A DNA stretch of 41,268 nt, from sequence record PX216937.1, one strand, 5' to 3'. Below the pieces are notes generated by a model. The model did no database searches and was not told the DNA's origin. It was given only the letters and a program-made list of their open reading frames with translations. Below are positions 9,501 to 18,347 of the stretch, piece after piece. Numbering within the stretch: position 1 is the first letter of the stretch; each line of letters begins with the position of its first letter. The stretch is from a phage. The position numbers and the translations under genes were made by a program.

Positions 9501-10512
9501 AGGTCAAAGGGTCCACACCAGCACCAATCAGGCCAGCAGACAGCTTGGCACCAAGTCCAGCTTCAGCAGCCTTAGCGTCAGCCTCGAAGTTCTCGTTAGC
9601 CAGCTTGATTAGCTCATCAAGGTTCTCAGCGGAACCGCCAAGCACAACGTTCATGTACGCAGGGTTCTTCACTTCTGTGCGAATCTTATCGAGTTCTTCA
9701 GGCGACCAAATATGACTATTAAACCGTGTCGGTTGAAGTACATCAGTGAGCACATCAAAACCATTGTCACGCTTACCAGCACGGAAGGCAACACCCAAGG
9801 TTGAGTTGGAGAGTTCTGCTTCAGCAGCACTACCGAATCCGAAGAAGGTTGAACGCTCATTGGCTTCGTCAAGAGTTGTTCCTTTTGCTTCCCAATAGTC
9901 TTTACCGAACGGCTGATTGGGAGCGGCCTGTTCTTTACCTTGAAAGGACATTTCGTGAGACTCAGGGAGTTCTGTAGTTACCTTTCCTTTCTTCCCGATA
10001 CCACTCATAGCAGCATCGAACGGAATCCCTTTACCCTTTGGGGTGATACCACCGAAGGACTCAATGTCACCACTCTTAGGAGACTTAGCGACATCCAGAA
10101 GTGAGCGCAAATAGTTACGCCCTTCATCCCCAATACCAGCAAAGTTACCGGAGTCGTAGGCTTCCAGTTGAGGCTTACCATTTTGGCCTTCGCCTTGGTT
10201 GTACGCAAGGGCAGCTTTCAGTTCGTCCCCGTTGTATTTCTTAACGAGGTCTGCAAGGTAACGAGCACCAGCATCAATAGACTTAGCCGGGTCGTTGAAG
10301 TCCTCATCGTTCTGGAGACCGTAAGCATTACCAGTTGCCTTGGTGAACTGCATGACACCTCTCGGTCCTGTTGGCGATTGAGCCGTAGGCTTAAAGCGGG
10401 ATTCTACCCAACCGACCTTCCGAAGAAGGCCATAGGAGACTCCATGTGTGTCAGCAGCTTGTTGAAATAACGCATCATATTCATGCGGTTCGTTCGGGTT
10501 ATACTTATCCAC
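6565..10512 (-). CDS. 16: Internal virion protein D (gp16) with N-terminal lytic-transglycosylase-like domain
   Basis: 1315 aa (T7 gp16 is about 1318); N-terminus contains an SLT-like motif (GWVESRF...GVMQF); position after gp15. Confidence 0.9.
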   Translation of the reverse strand: MDKYNPNEPHEYDALFQQAADTHGVSYGLLRKVGWVESRFKPTAQSPTGPRGVMQFTKATGNAYGLQNDEDFNDPAKSIDAGARYLADLVKKYNGDELKAALAYNQGEGQNGKPQLEAYDSGNFAGIGDEGRNYLRSLLDVAKSPKSGDIESFGGITPKGKGIPFDAAMSGIGKKGKVTTELPESHEMSFQGKEQAAPNQPFGKDYWEAKGTTLDEANERSTFFGFGSAAEAELSNSTLGVAFRAGKRDNGFDVLTDVLQPTRFNSHIWSPEELDKIRTEVKNPAYMNVVLGGSAENLDELIKLANENFEADAKAAEAGLGAKLSAGLIGAGVDPLTYVPLAGTTANGFKLVNKALMVGAQAGALNVASEGLRTSIAGGHAHYAEAALAGMLLAGGLTAVADGVAAGLRKSGAEQIENPFSATQMRFEARETARNTGGYDASRMPPSEDRVFSQHNGVEYAPLETEPGAVVLRDGSIISDTNLANPMTAREFAEVDPERAAWGLPMRGLSEIGLRTLRSEHAEIRGLAKDLVRSPTGMESGSHGKFGATASDIKERLHSTNQRTYNDLYGAMKEAMADPEWSVGMFKSGAQGARQEIYRRVAVAIERPELQANLTKAERKVMDIMKEHFDLKREMMENPSMFGNKATSIFPNSRHKGTYVPHVYSREAKQLYSQALGGSDGLQEAIAASWMTSYRSRPEVKARVDEHLAETLGIDPKAVTEEMVMKHASDKAYGIAKTDEFNSSSVIDDNIEGLVGIENNSFLEARNLFDSDMPVTLPNGQQFSVNDLRDFDMKHVMPAYDRRVDGDIAIMGGTGKTTAELKDSIMALDKKSEGKGTMKGEVEALKDTVKILTGRARRNQDTVGDTMVRALSDMSFFTKNAYMGLQNLTEISGMLAKGNIRAMLHGIPALRDLAFRNKPVSGSELKELHSMVFGKEFDQLIRPTRQDIIQRLRESTDTPDVAAKVVGSIKHTTQELAARSPLTKFLNGTSNYLLDMARQGVMGDVVTHAITGKGANKWIKGDMLKSASISKEQWEGIQALIRENVTRGEDGKFTFKDKRKLANDPRAMDLWRLADKVADETMLRPHKVSLQDSHAFGATAKLVLQFKSFVIKSMNSKFIRSGNEAFKNHRAMDMALTYAISGGLAGSYYVAQAHLKAAGLPKEQQKDYLKKALDPKMIAYAAASRSSHLGSPLSIANFFMGAAGYDQGLMVRSTILPKGDDKRERNKAVTSRDMGDSIMGAIGEQVPALGFAGATLAAGRNAYGVLTAPNKVTEREMMTGLMNAHREMVPNDPISQQMLIKFYEANGVHLKSDKK

Positions 10513-10535
10513 TTGGAACCTCCTATCGTGGTCTG

Positions 10536-12815
10536 TTAGTCTTTACCAGTCAGCGTATCCAGAATACCCTTGCCACTCACGCTATCGTACATGCTGCCAG
10601 AGCGCTTAGGCTTCTTAGCTTCACGTTCACGCTTGCGGTTCATAGCTCGTGTATGTAGGGTTCGCTTGTTGGCATCTTTGAGTGCCTTGTTACGGGCTTC
10701 CTCGTCCAGCTTCGCTTGGTTCTCTTGGTACATCTTCGAGAGTAACTGCTTGTCGTACCGAATGTTTACCTGTCCGGTTGTATCCATCAGGTAGATAGAG
10801 TCACCGCGCTCGAACACAGTGAGTTGCTTGTTAGTCACCCAAGGATTCGTCTCAGCGAGTTTCTTAGCGGCTTGGTCGATGATGTCCTTACCTTGTTTCC
10901 AAGAGTCCGGGTCATCGGTCACACGCAGAGAGTTTCTCGTTAAGACACCAATAGTATCACCATCAACACCATCAGCAGTGAGAGTCGTAGTGTTCTCTTT
11001 GAGATACTTATCGACCTGTTGCATTGCCAAATCCGCGTTACCTGTACGGTACTTAACGGAGTCGTAAATCTTACGGGCACCTGCATCAAGTGTTGCTGGC
11101 ATACGGGACAGTTCAGGAGACTGTGAGTTGTTCTTCAGAGAAGCCCACGCCTTATCATCCTCGTACTGCATCTCTTTGGTAAGAGACTGTCGAGCCTTGT
11201 CAGCATCTAAGAGAATCTGCGGGTCAATCCCTTGGTTGTCCATCATGTCCATAGTGAGGAACATCTCAGCCTTATCAGGATACAACGCAGCGAACAACTC
11301 AGGGTCAGCATTACGAACACGACGAAGAGCATTAAGTGCCACTCCACCATCTTCCGGCATCTTCCCGTTAATCACAGCGGACGTCCATTCCTTCTCAGCG
11401 TCACCAATCAGTTCACCAACCGCAGTACGGAAAGCACCCTTCTCGGAGTCAGCCTTGAGGTAGTCCAGCTTCATTCGGTCCTTCTGTTCATTAGGGATGT
11501 TCATAGCATCAATGTCAGCCAGCTTCTTGTTAGCATAGTTAACCATATCACTATGGGTGAACTCACCAGTGTTCTCGTTGGTAGGCATATCGCCATACGC
11601 AGTAGACACGTACTGACCATTGAGTCGCTTCTGGAACTGTGCATCAATGACATTCATCTTGTTCATCGACTTCTGTTGCTTGTCCATCTGCTTGGCTAAC
11701 TCAGCGGTCTCCCGCTTCATCCTGTCCTGCATCTGCGTCTGTGCATTGATTAACGCCTGACGTTCAGGTGTCATCTCTTCGCCCGGTTGCAGTGTGTCCA
11801 GTTCAGCCTTGATGGATTGCAACTGTTCCCAGCCAATGTTCACGTTCTCTTGGTTCAACGCAGAGTTCACATTAAGTTGGAACGCCTCGGTCTTCTTAGC
11901 ATTCAACTGGAACTCATTATGTTGAGCCTTAACCATCAGATTGTTCCACTGTTCGGCACCCATCAGTTCCTTGAAGGTAGTCTCCTTGCCATGAAGTTTG
12001 ACCTTACGGTTCTCAATCTGTTGCAGGAACTGACCACCGCCCTCACGGTTAACCACGTCAGAGAGGCCTTGGCTAATCATGGTGAACGCTTGGTCATCAC
12101 TAGGGATACTACCGGTCGTCAATCCAGCACTGAAGTAGTTCTCAAAGAAATCACCAGCATACGGAGAACGTAGGGTTTCCGGGTCGTTCAACACAGAGTT
12201 CAACTCAACTCGGCTATTGATTACAGCACCCTTCTTAGCTTGGTCGCTAAGGAAGTTATCATGTGCACCATAGAGAGCAATGTTACGCTCGGTGATGTCG
12301 GAGTTGAATCCCTTCTGATAGTGCTCATCAGTCTCGTCGATACCGAACTGTTCAGCATAGTTCTTAGCGGCTTCTTGTAGTCGGCTGTGACGGAACTCTT
12401 CCAACTCCTGACGAGTGCGGAACTCACCGTTCTTAACCTTCTGTGCCACCTCGTCATCAACTAAGTAGGCAGCGTTACGACCAGTCTTAATCTTCAAGGC
12501 TTCCATCGCGTATGGGTCATCCTGATACAGCAGTGTACCATTCTTAATGGCCTCTCGACGTTGTTCGGGAGTCAGCTTACGAATAATCTCGTTAGAGCGT
12601 TCGTCTGCTTTATCCTTCTGATACTGGTCATACTTCATATAAGCATCTGCGCCCATCTCAGCAAGTTTACCTACAGTACCAATCAGTGCAGACTTCTCAG
12701 CATACTTAGGGTCTTCATAGACGGTTGCAGCCTTCACTTCCACACGACCAGTGCCCCGCAGACGACTAGTAGACGGAGCGTTCATGCCACCCAATGCTTG
12801 AGCTAACTTACTCAT
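10536..12815 (-). CDS. 15: Internal virion protein C (gp15)
   Basis: 759 aa, largely helical/charged; size and synteny match T7 gp15. Confidence 0.85.
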   Translation of the reverse strand: MSKLAQALGGMNAPSTSRLRGTGRVEVKAATVYEDPKYAEKSALIGTVGKLAEMGADAYMKYDQYQKDKADERSNEIIRKLTPEQRREAIKNGTLLYQDDPYAMEALKIKTGRNAAYLVDDEVAQKVKNGEFRTRQELEEFRHSRLQEAAKNYAEQFGIDETDEHYQKGFNSDITERNIALYGAHDNFLSDQAKKGAVINSRVELNSVLNDPETLRSPYAGDFFENYFSAGLTTGSIPSDDQAFTMISQGLSDVVNREGGGQFLQQIENRKVKLHGKETTFKELMGAEQWNNLMVKAQHNEFQLNAKKTEAFQLNVNSALNQENVNIGWEQLQSIKAELDTLQPGEEMTPERQALINAQTQMQDRMKRETAELAKQMDKQQKSMNKMNVIDAQFQKRLNGQYVSTAYGDMPTNENTGEFTHSDMVNYANKKLADIDAMNIPNEQKDRMKLDYLKADSEKGAFRTAVGELIGDAEKEWTSAVINGKMPEDGGVALNALRRVRNADPELFAALYPDKAEMFLTMDMMDNQGIDPQILLDADKARQSLTKEMQYEDDKAWASLKNNSQSPELSRMPATLDAGARKIYDSVKYRTGNADLAMQQVDKYLKENTTTLTADGVDGDTIGVLTRNSLRVTDDPDSWKQGKDIIDQAAKKLAETNPWVTNKQLTVFERGDSIYLMDTTGQVNIRYDKQLLSKMYQENQAKLDEEARNKALKDANKRTLHTRAMNRKREREAKKPKRSGSMYDSVSGKGILDTLTGKD

Positions 12816-12829
12816 AAACTGTACCTCCT

Positions 12830-13435
12830 TTATTTACCTTGTCCGGTAGACTTAGCATCTGAAGCCCTAACCTTAGAGGCCACCTTCTTGCCTAACTTAT
12901 TGGTTAACGGACTACCAGCAGTAGCCACATCGACCAGCTTGGTTAAACCTAAACCCAATGGGTCAATGATTTGTTCCAGCTTGCCTTTCAGCTTAGGTTC
13001 AGACTTGTTGATTTCATTAATTTGACTCACTGTGTTCTCTCGGTTAGCAATACGCTTTCCTAAGATGACACTGTAGTCTCGTTGGTAGTTCTCAGTGAGA
13101 CCTTGGGACTCTCGAAGGAAGTCACCCTCAGTAACGCGAGCTACACGTTCCATAGAGTTACCCTCAAGCATCCCTTCACCGATTGCCGCACGGATAGTCC
13201 CCATGTTTCTCACACGGTTCATATTCGCTTGTGTCATCTCTTGGACAGTGGAGTCTACAAGGTCACGTTCCTCTAACTTAAGGTTCGCATCTGTGTAGTT
13301 CATCTCCTTAATCATCTGCCAACTTTGACGACGACCTTGGTCAATCTGTGCGGCCTTCGCCTGTTCTCCTTGCATACCGCCCATTACCATAGACACGCCT
13401 TGCATTGCGATAGGGATTGCAGCCATCCAGCACAT
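12830..13435 (-). CDS. 14: Internal virion protein B (gp14)
   Basis: 201 aa beginning MCWMAAIPIA...; recalled T7 gp14 begins MCWAAAIPIA; synteny. Confidence 0.85.
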   Translation of the reverse strand: MCWMAAIPIAMQGVSMVMGGMQGEQAKAAQIDQGRRQSWQMIKEMNYTDANLKLEERDLVDSTVQEMTQANMNRVRNMGTIRAAIGEGMLEGNSMERVARVTEGDFLRESQGLTENYQRDYSVILGKRIANRENTVSQINEINKSEPKLKGKLEQIIDPLGLGLTKLVDVATAGSPLTNKLGKKVASKVRASDAKSTGQGK

Positions 13436-13437
13436 GG

Positions 13438-13848
13438 TTAACCTCCTATTGTGAATAATTGGAATTGGTTACTGTCTCCAGTAAACGCATTATGGAACAC
13501 CGCACCGATGGACTTCAAGAACCTAATGTGGGACTTGTTGCCTAGCCATACATAGTTCCAGATTACTGGATACTGTTTCAGCATTGTATCGCGGTACTCT
13601 AGAATGAGCTTGCGGAACTCCTTACGTGACTTCAGACTTAATCTCCATACTTCAGCGGACGTTACGAACCACACTTGGTCTCCACGGTTCCCTCCAATTG
13701 CCACAGGAATCCCATGAAGAGACATAGTGACACACTCAGAGGCTGGTGGGAAGCTAGGTTCAATCCCATAGGCGTGAGCCTCAGCAATGTCTTCTGGAGA
13801 TGGTTCGAATAATTTAAAGTCTCTTTCTGTTGTTGGTCGGATAATCAT
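13438..13848 (-). CDS. 13: Internal virion protein A (gp13)
   Basis: 136 aa (T7 gp13 is about 138); position between the phi13-like promoter and gene 14. Called on synteny and size only. Confidence 0.7.
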   Translation of the reverse strand: MIIRPTTERDFKLFEPSPEDIAEAHAYGIEPSFPPASECVTMSLHGIPVAIGGNRGDQVWFVTSAEVWRLSLKSRKEFRKLILEYRDTMLKQYPVIWNYVWLGNKSHIRFLKSIGAVFHNAFTGDSNQFQLFTIGG

Positions 13849-13878
13849 AGAGTTTCTCTCCTATAGTATAAAACCCCC

Positions 13879-13901
13879 CTTCCCAATAGTGAGTCGTATT
13901 G
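13879..13901 (-). promoter_or_regulatory. Phage RNAP promoter (phi13-like), CAATACGACTCACTATTGGGAAG
   Basis: Reverse-complement promoter match between gene 12 and gene 13. Confidence 0.8.
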
Positions 13902-13929
13902 TTCACTAAATGAGTCGGGGTGTTTACGA

Positions 13930-16311
13930 TTAGATACCAGAAGAGCGACGCAGGTAGTTACCTTCCCAGCCACAACCAATCACGTTAAGTGGGGTCGTGT
14001 GGTCGGAGATAATACGCACTTCGTTCAACTTGGCGTTACCAGACACGGGGAACCGGAACTGCCCAGTACCAACGTTGAGTCCACCAGTGCGTAAGGCATT
14101 TGAACCCAACCTAGCTCCTGCCATGTCATAGCTGAAAAGACGTGAGGTGTTCTCTACTTCCACAACGAACGCACCAGAATCCTCATAGTTGACCCATGCG
14201 CGTCGAAGCTGTAAGCGACCAATGTCCTCGGTAGCTGTTGAGCCATCATCCTCTGTCTTCTTGATGAGGAACTTTGAGAACACATACCGAAAGTCAATAG
14301 CCAATCCAATGTACACCTTCTCACCCTCTCGGTTCCCATCAAGGACCAAGCGAGGTTCACCATTAGGCCATCCACCATGCGGCTCATCGAACCATGATAC
14401 CTTACCATCCATCGCCACAATGTAGAACTTACCTAAATAGTTCTTCATTCCGTAGAATTGACTTGGATAGATAACAGTCTCATACGTGTCATCATCGTAG
14501 GAACCATAAGGGATTGTTATTTCCAGCTTGTTATCTATGTAGATGCGGTAAGGTTCTTCAGGGTAGTCAATGGAGTTCTTTGTGAAGTGTGCCCGTGCCA
14601 TCCACGTATGGGACTGGTTGCGTAACAGAAGGTACATAGTGGAACCAATAGAATCACAAGCCAATACAGTTACGTTACTCCCTAGTTCCCAATGAGACCA
14701 CGACTGTTGCACATTTTCCTCATTCAAGTACAGAAATTTGTACATGAAGATTTTGCTTGGGGCGTTTGCGGATAACACCGAAACGAAGTTCTCAGTGCCA
14801 GAGCCTCGAATGGAGAACACACCATTAGGAATGTAGCTAGGAACGTGAGCACTCATGTCCTCCGCAGACTTCACGGAGCTAACATCCTGTACCGCATAGT
14901 ATCGGTTGATTGATGTATAGGATGCACGAGGTGACGCAAAGTAGACACCACGCCCAATACCAAAAGGTCTCGCCCTGTCTGACACATCGAACTCGGTCGT
15001 TAGGTTCAACTCAACTGACTTCGGTGAGAGGATACCAGAGGCAGATAATACGAACTGTGCTTGGTCAGACCATAGGAGCAACTCTTCGGAGAACGGTACA
15101 GCATATTTAAGCGTACTGATTCGGTTGTGTGACACAGCAACGTCGATTGGGTCATCATCGGATAGGTTGGCAACCGATGCAGGGAACAGTGAGAAATACT
15201 TGGATGTACGAGACATCACAATGTTTTCACCAGCAAGAAACCCTAAGCGGTTCCTGAAGAAGAACACATCGTTAATCCGCTGGTCTACGATAGACGGGTC
15301 GGGGTTAGTATTCATGTCACCACACTTGCGCTCATCCCATGGCAAGGCTTCCATCTTAAAGGAACCATCGGCCTGTCGAATCAATGCGTGTGGCATGGTT
15401 GCCCCATTGAGTCCCTTCTGTACTCCCCATCCGGCTACTTCCTTCCACACTTTACGTGCTGCATCGTACTGTACATAGAACGCATCGGAAGTCTTAGAGG
15501 TGTCGCCAACGATTTGTACGGAGTATCCATTAGGAGCCTCAGAGGGTAACTTAGTGAATGACTGGCTGGTGTGCATTACCGCAGACATCAACTGTCCACC
15601 ATAACCATCCTCTACCTCGACCTTCCAGATTGGTTCGTCACCTCGTGACACAATATGAATGAACCCAGCACCCTCGTTGACAGTCCATCCCCAAGTGTTT
15701 GCACCTCCTTCTCGAAGTAGCTGTGCCATCTTCTTAACGAGCCATTGTGCATCCGTCTGTTCAACTTCAGTGGCATTGGCACCATCAGCAATCTTATAGG
15801 ACGCAGAGATACCATTCAGTCTAATCGTAAAGGTACGACCATACTGACCACCACGGATGTTAATGAGACACTCGCCGTCTTCTCGAATAGTGTAGATAGG
15901 GTCTTTGTTGGCTTGAACAACCTTAGAGCGGTTCACTACGAACGTGTAGTCTGCCACAGTTACCATCCTTAAGTCATCCCTAGGGTTAGCACAGTTAGCA
16001 TATGAAGTGTCACCATGTACAACATACTCACGCCCATTGAGGTCAAATACTTTGATACCGCTTCCAGTGAACACAACGTAATACTGTTCGACGCTGTCAC
16101 GGTTTATTAGGTGAACTAAAGGTGCGCCACCAAGGAACCCAGCGTCACCAATAGTTTTCGTAAAGATGAAAGGTGGCCTCTTCTGGAGACCTTCAGTTTC
16201 AGACGACCATCCGTTAATCTGTTCAGCGCCCTGCTCGGGGAACCTTAAGATGTCTGGCTGTTGACTGATACCGCCTTTCAGGTTCTTGACGGATTGTGAA
16301 ATAAGAGCCAT
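13930..16311 (-). CDS. 12: Tail tubular protein B (gp12)
   Basis: Start placed at the internal Met (MALISQSVKNLKGGISQQPDILRFPEQG...), which matches the recalled T7 gp12 N-terminus and has AAGGAGG upstream; 793 aa. The track's 815-aa start is an upstream extension. Confidence 0.9.
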   Translation of the reverse strand: MALISQSVKNLKGGISQQPDILRFPEQGAEQINGWSSETEGLQKRPPFIFTKTIGDAGFLGGAPLVHLINRDSVEQYYVVFTGSGIKVFDLNGREYVVHGDTSYANCANPRDDLRMVTVADYTFVVNRSKVVQANKDPIYTIREDGECLINIRGGQYGRTFTIRLNGISASYKIADGANATEVEQTDAQWLVKKMAQLLREGGANTWGWTVNEGAGFIHIVSRGDEPIWKVEVEDGYGGQLMSAVMHTSQSFTKLPSEAPNGYSVQIVGDTSKTSDAFYVQYDAARKVWKEVAGWGVQKGLNGATMPHALIRQADGSFKMEALPWDERKCGDMNTNPDPSIVDQRINDVFFFRNRLGFLAGENIVMSRTSKYFSLFPASVANLSDDDPIDVAVSHNRISTLKYAVPFSEELLLWSDQAQFVLSASGILSPKSVELNLTTEFDVSDRARPFGIGRGVYFASPRASYTSINRYYAVQDVSSVKSAEDMSAHVPSYIPNGVFSIRGSGTENFVSVLSANAPSKIFMYKFLYLNEENVQQSWSHWELGSNVTVLACDSIGSTMYLLLRNQSHTWMARAHFTKNSIDYPEEPYRIYIDNKLEITIPYGSYDDDTYETVIYPSQFYGMKNYLGKFYIVAMDGKVSWFDEPHGGWPNGEPRLVLDGNREGEKVYIGLAIDFRYVFSKFLIKKTEDDGSTATEDIGRLQLRRAWVNYEDSGAFVVEVENTSRLFSYDMAGARLGSNALRTGGLNVGTGQFRFPVSGNAKLNEVRIISDHTTPLNVIGCGWEGNYLRRSSGI

Positions 16312-16336
16312 TAGAGACCTCCTTAAGTTATTACGA

Positions 16337-16927
16337 TTAGCGAGACAGCAGACCACCAGTGAAGGCATCACCGTCAAGCATGTTGAAGTTACCGAAGTCT
16401 AACTCGTATTCGGTGCACTGCATTTTTGCTTCCTGTTCCTCTTCAGCTAAGACAGCATCAATCTCAGGGGCACCAAAGAATCGGTTGTTAAACTGACGAG
16501 CGGCCTTTGTGACAATCCAATGGCGGAAGCACTCAGGCATCTCATAGAACTCTCGCATTCGGATGATAGTCACAGTGATAGGGTCTTTGAAGACATCAGT
16601 GCGGTTCTCTCGGTCATACACATAGCCGCCACGATTGACGTAAGCGGTAGTACCTCCTTCAGAGAACACAGCAAGGTAGTCGGACATGTAGGGAATCAGA
16701 CCGTTGAACACATCAGGTAGCAACTGTTGGCCTTCCTCGATGTTGAACGTCCAGCCCTTGGACTGAATCTGACGGTTAATCTTATTGAGTATTCGGCGAG
16801 CGTTAGCAACGTCAGCGTTAGCATCACCCTCCAGAGTGGACACAGGCGGTTCACCGATAGAGGCCAAGATGTCATTGACTGCATTCAACTCTTCGCCAGT
16901 CTCTAGGGTAGTCTCATAGGAACGCAT
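16337..16927 (-). CDS. 11: Tail tubular protein A (gp11)
   Basis: 196 aa, MRSY...[51 protein letters not shown]; near-identical motifs to recalled T7 gp11. Confidence 0.95.
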   Translation of the reverse strand: MRSYETTLETGEELNAVNDILASIGEPPVSTLEGDANADVANARRILNKINRQIQSKGWTFNIEEGQQLLPDVFNGLIPYMSDYLAVFSEGGTTAYVNRGGYVYDRENRTDVFKDPITVTIIRMREFYEMPECFRHWIVTKAARQFNNRFFGAPEIDAVLAEEEQEAKMQCTEYELDFGNFNMLDGDAFTGGLLSR

Positions 16928-16935
16928 ATTGATTT

Positions 16936-16958
16936 CCTCCCATTAGTGAGTCTATTAG
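16936..16958 (-). promoter_or_regulatory. Degenerate phage-promoter-like element between T-phi and gene 11 (CTAATAGACTCACTAATGGGAGG)
   Basis: Keeps the GACTCACTA core and GGGAGG start region but lacks one base and has substitutions in the -17..-12 part relative to this genome's consensus. Confidence 0.4.
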
Positions 16959-16963
16959 TGGTA

Positions 16964-17005
16964 CGAAAAAAACCCCTCAAGCACCCGCGAAGGCACCCAA
17001 GGGGT
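16964..17005 (-). terminator. T-phi-like intrinsic terminator downstream of the capsid gene
   Basis: Minus-strand AAACCCCTTGGGTGCCTTCGCGGGTGCTTGAGGGGTTTTTTT: GC-rich stem with G-U pairs and a U-run, resembling T7 T-phi in sequence and position. Confidence 0.75.
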
Positions 17006-17025
17006 TTCATATAGTTTACTTACTG

Positions 17026-18179
17026 TTCAGCAGCCAGTTTCGCCGCCTTGTTAGCAGCACGGGTACGAGCAGCTTTCTGTTGTGGCGTTAGCTCTTGCTC
17101 AACTTCAGTAAGGGACTTAGTGTCCCCTACGAGTTTGCGAGAAGTTAAGCCGCTGTGAAAACCAGTGCACCTACTGCTTCAGGACGCAGACCACCGTGAC
17201 CCATCGCGTACTTAGCGATAATCTGGTCAGCCTGATAGTTAGCACGACGAGCACGTTCCAGCGCCATATCTTTCAACTTAACAGTACCAACGGCAGAGCG
17301 GTGACAGAACAGACCGACCACGTTGTCCAGAGCAACCTTATCATTACCAGTAGCAGTCGCAGGGAATGCGTGTTTCTGTTCAGAAGTTGCATCTTCACGG
17401 TCATTACCAGCACCACCAGCGGTCAAATGAGGAACTTCAATAACTTCGAAGCCCATGACGTTGCGGATAGAACCGGTAGACGGGTCAATCAGTGCCTGAT
17501 AGTTTGCAGCGTTAGGCATCAGAGCCGCCAGAATAGCAGAGTAGTTATCAGGAGTGGTGTAGAAGGTACGGTCAGCAGACGGTACATAGTTCTTAGTCAG
17601 ACGCGCACGAGCCAGAGTCAACTGTGCAATGATTGCCTGACCCAGCTTCACTTGGTCACCTTGCAGGTCAGCCGCAGTGCCTACTCCCAGAACACTTGCA
17701 GTACCCAAGCCAGCGATGTTCTCGTTGCTTGCAGCCGGAAGGTTACACAGTTTAGCCATTTCAGCCAGAACCGCGCCGTCAGCAGCCAGAGCCAGAGACT
17801 CACCCAACTGAGCGGTATATTCGGAACGCACGTCATAGTGGTTCATTGCGTCTTCGATGTCGTAAATCAGAACGTCAGCAGTCAGCAGTCCATCAATGTT
17901 AATGGTCTTCTCAGTGTGCTTCATATCTTTACGTTTATCATCAAGGTTCTCACCCGGTTGCAGGTAAGCAGCTTTGGTACGACCCAGCACAGGGAACTGC
18001 GCGGACTTACCGGACTGAATAGAACGCACGAGGTGTTTGTTCATAGTTACGGAGGTACGGGTAAATGCAGTCAGAACTTCACCACCAAAGACCTTCAGGA
18101 ACAGAGCCAGTTTATCACCAGCGCTCATGCCTTTACCTTGGTCCTTACCAATCTGTTGTCCACCAGTAATGTTAGCCAT
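17026..18179 (-). CDS. 10B: Minor capsid protein 10B, predicted by -1 frameshift near the end of 10A (extension about 43 aa)
   Basis: GGTTTTC lies 4 codons before the 10A stop. The -1 frame beyond it is open for about 43 codons (HSGLTSRKLVGDTKSLTEVEQELTPQQKAARTRAANKAAETGC) and ends just before the terminator. T7 makes 10B by -1 frameshifting at the same place. Confidence 0.45.
17145..18179 (-). CDS. 10A: Major capsid protein 10A
   Basis: 344 aa, MANITGGQQIGKDQGKG...KLALFLKVFGGEVLTAF...; close recalled match to T7 gp10A. Confidence 0.97.
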   Translation of the reverse strand: MANITGGQQIGKDQGKGMSAGDKLALFLKVFGGEVLTAFTRTSVTMNKHLVRSIQSGKSAQFPVLGRTKAAYLQPGENLDDKRKDMKHTEKTINIDGLLTADVLIYDIEDAMNHYDVRSEYTAQLGESLALAADGAVLAEMAKLCNLPAASNENIAGLGTASVLGVGTAADLQGDQVKLGQAIIAQLTLARARLTKNYVPSADRTFYTTPDNYSAILAALMPNAANYQALIDPSTGSIRNVMGFEVIEVPHLTAGGAGNDREDATSEQKHAFPATATGNDKVALDNVVGLFCHRSAVGTVKLKDMALERARRANYQADQIIAKYAMGHGGLRPEAVGALVFTAA

Positions 18180-18322
18180 GTTGAATCTCCTTCTGTTGAT
18201 TTATGATAAAAGTTTAAATGTGTGAGGTACTACTTGAAACGAGTTGGTTCTCATTGTGTATCACTCAGAGGAAACACGAAGGACTCGAACCTTCAGACCA
18301 GACCTCACTCAATCTGGATGTG

Positions 18323-18345
18323 TCTCCCAATAGTGAGTCGTATTA
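18323..18345 (-). promoter_or_regulatory. Phage RNAP promoter (phi10-like), TAATACGACTCACTATTGGGAGA
   Basis: Reverse-complement promoter match; about 145-nt leader to the gene 10 ATG at 18179. Confidence 0.85.
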
Positions 18346-18347
18346 AT

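Noticed and set aside
16312-16377. Upstream in-frame extensions of track ORFs (gene 12 to 16377, gene 4 to 29724, gene 2 to 31729, gene 6 to 23275, gene 4.3 to 27955, HNH to 23705)
   Set aside because: The extensions overlap the preceding gene or a promoter, lack an RBS, and the internal Met in each case has a Shine-Dalgarno sequence and matches the T7 homologue's N-terminus.
17196-18206. Long plus-strand ORFs (336 aa at 17196..18206, and others such as 8831..9367 and 5135..5659)
   Set aside because: They lie antisense to strongly supported minus-strand genes (capsid, gp16, tail fibre), lack upstream Shine-Dalgarno sequences and promoters, and T7-like genomes are transcribed in one direction. 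They are most likely chance open frames.
18265-18295. tRNA gene suggested by a GGTTCGAGTCC T-loop-like motif in the gene 10 leader
   Set aside because: No matching acceptor stem, D-arm or anticodon arm can be built from the flanking sequence, and the promoter lies only about 35 nt upstream. Kept as a structural curiosity in the findings rather than called as a tRNA.
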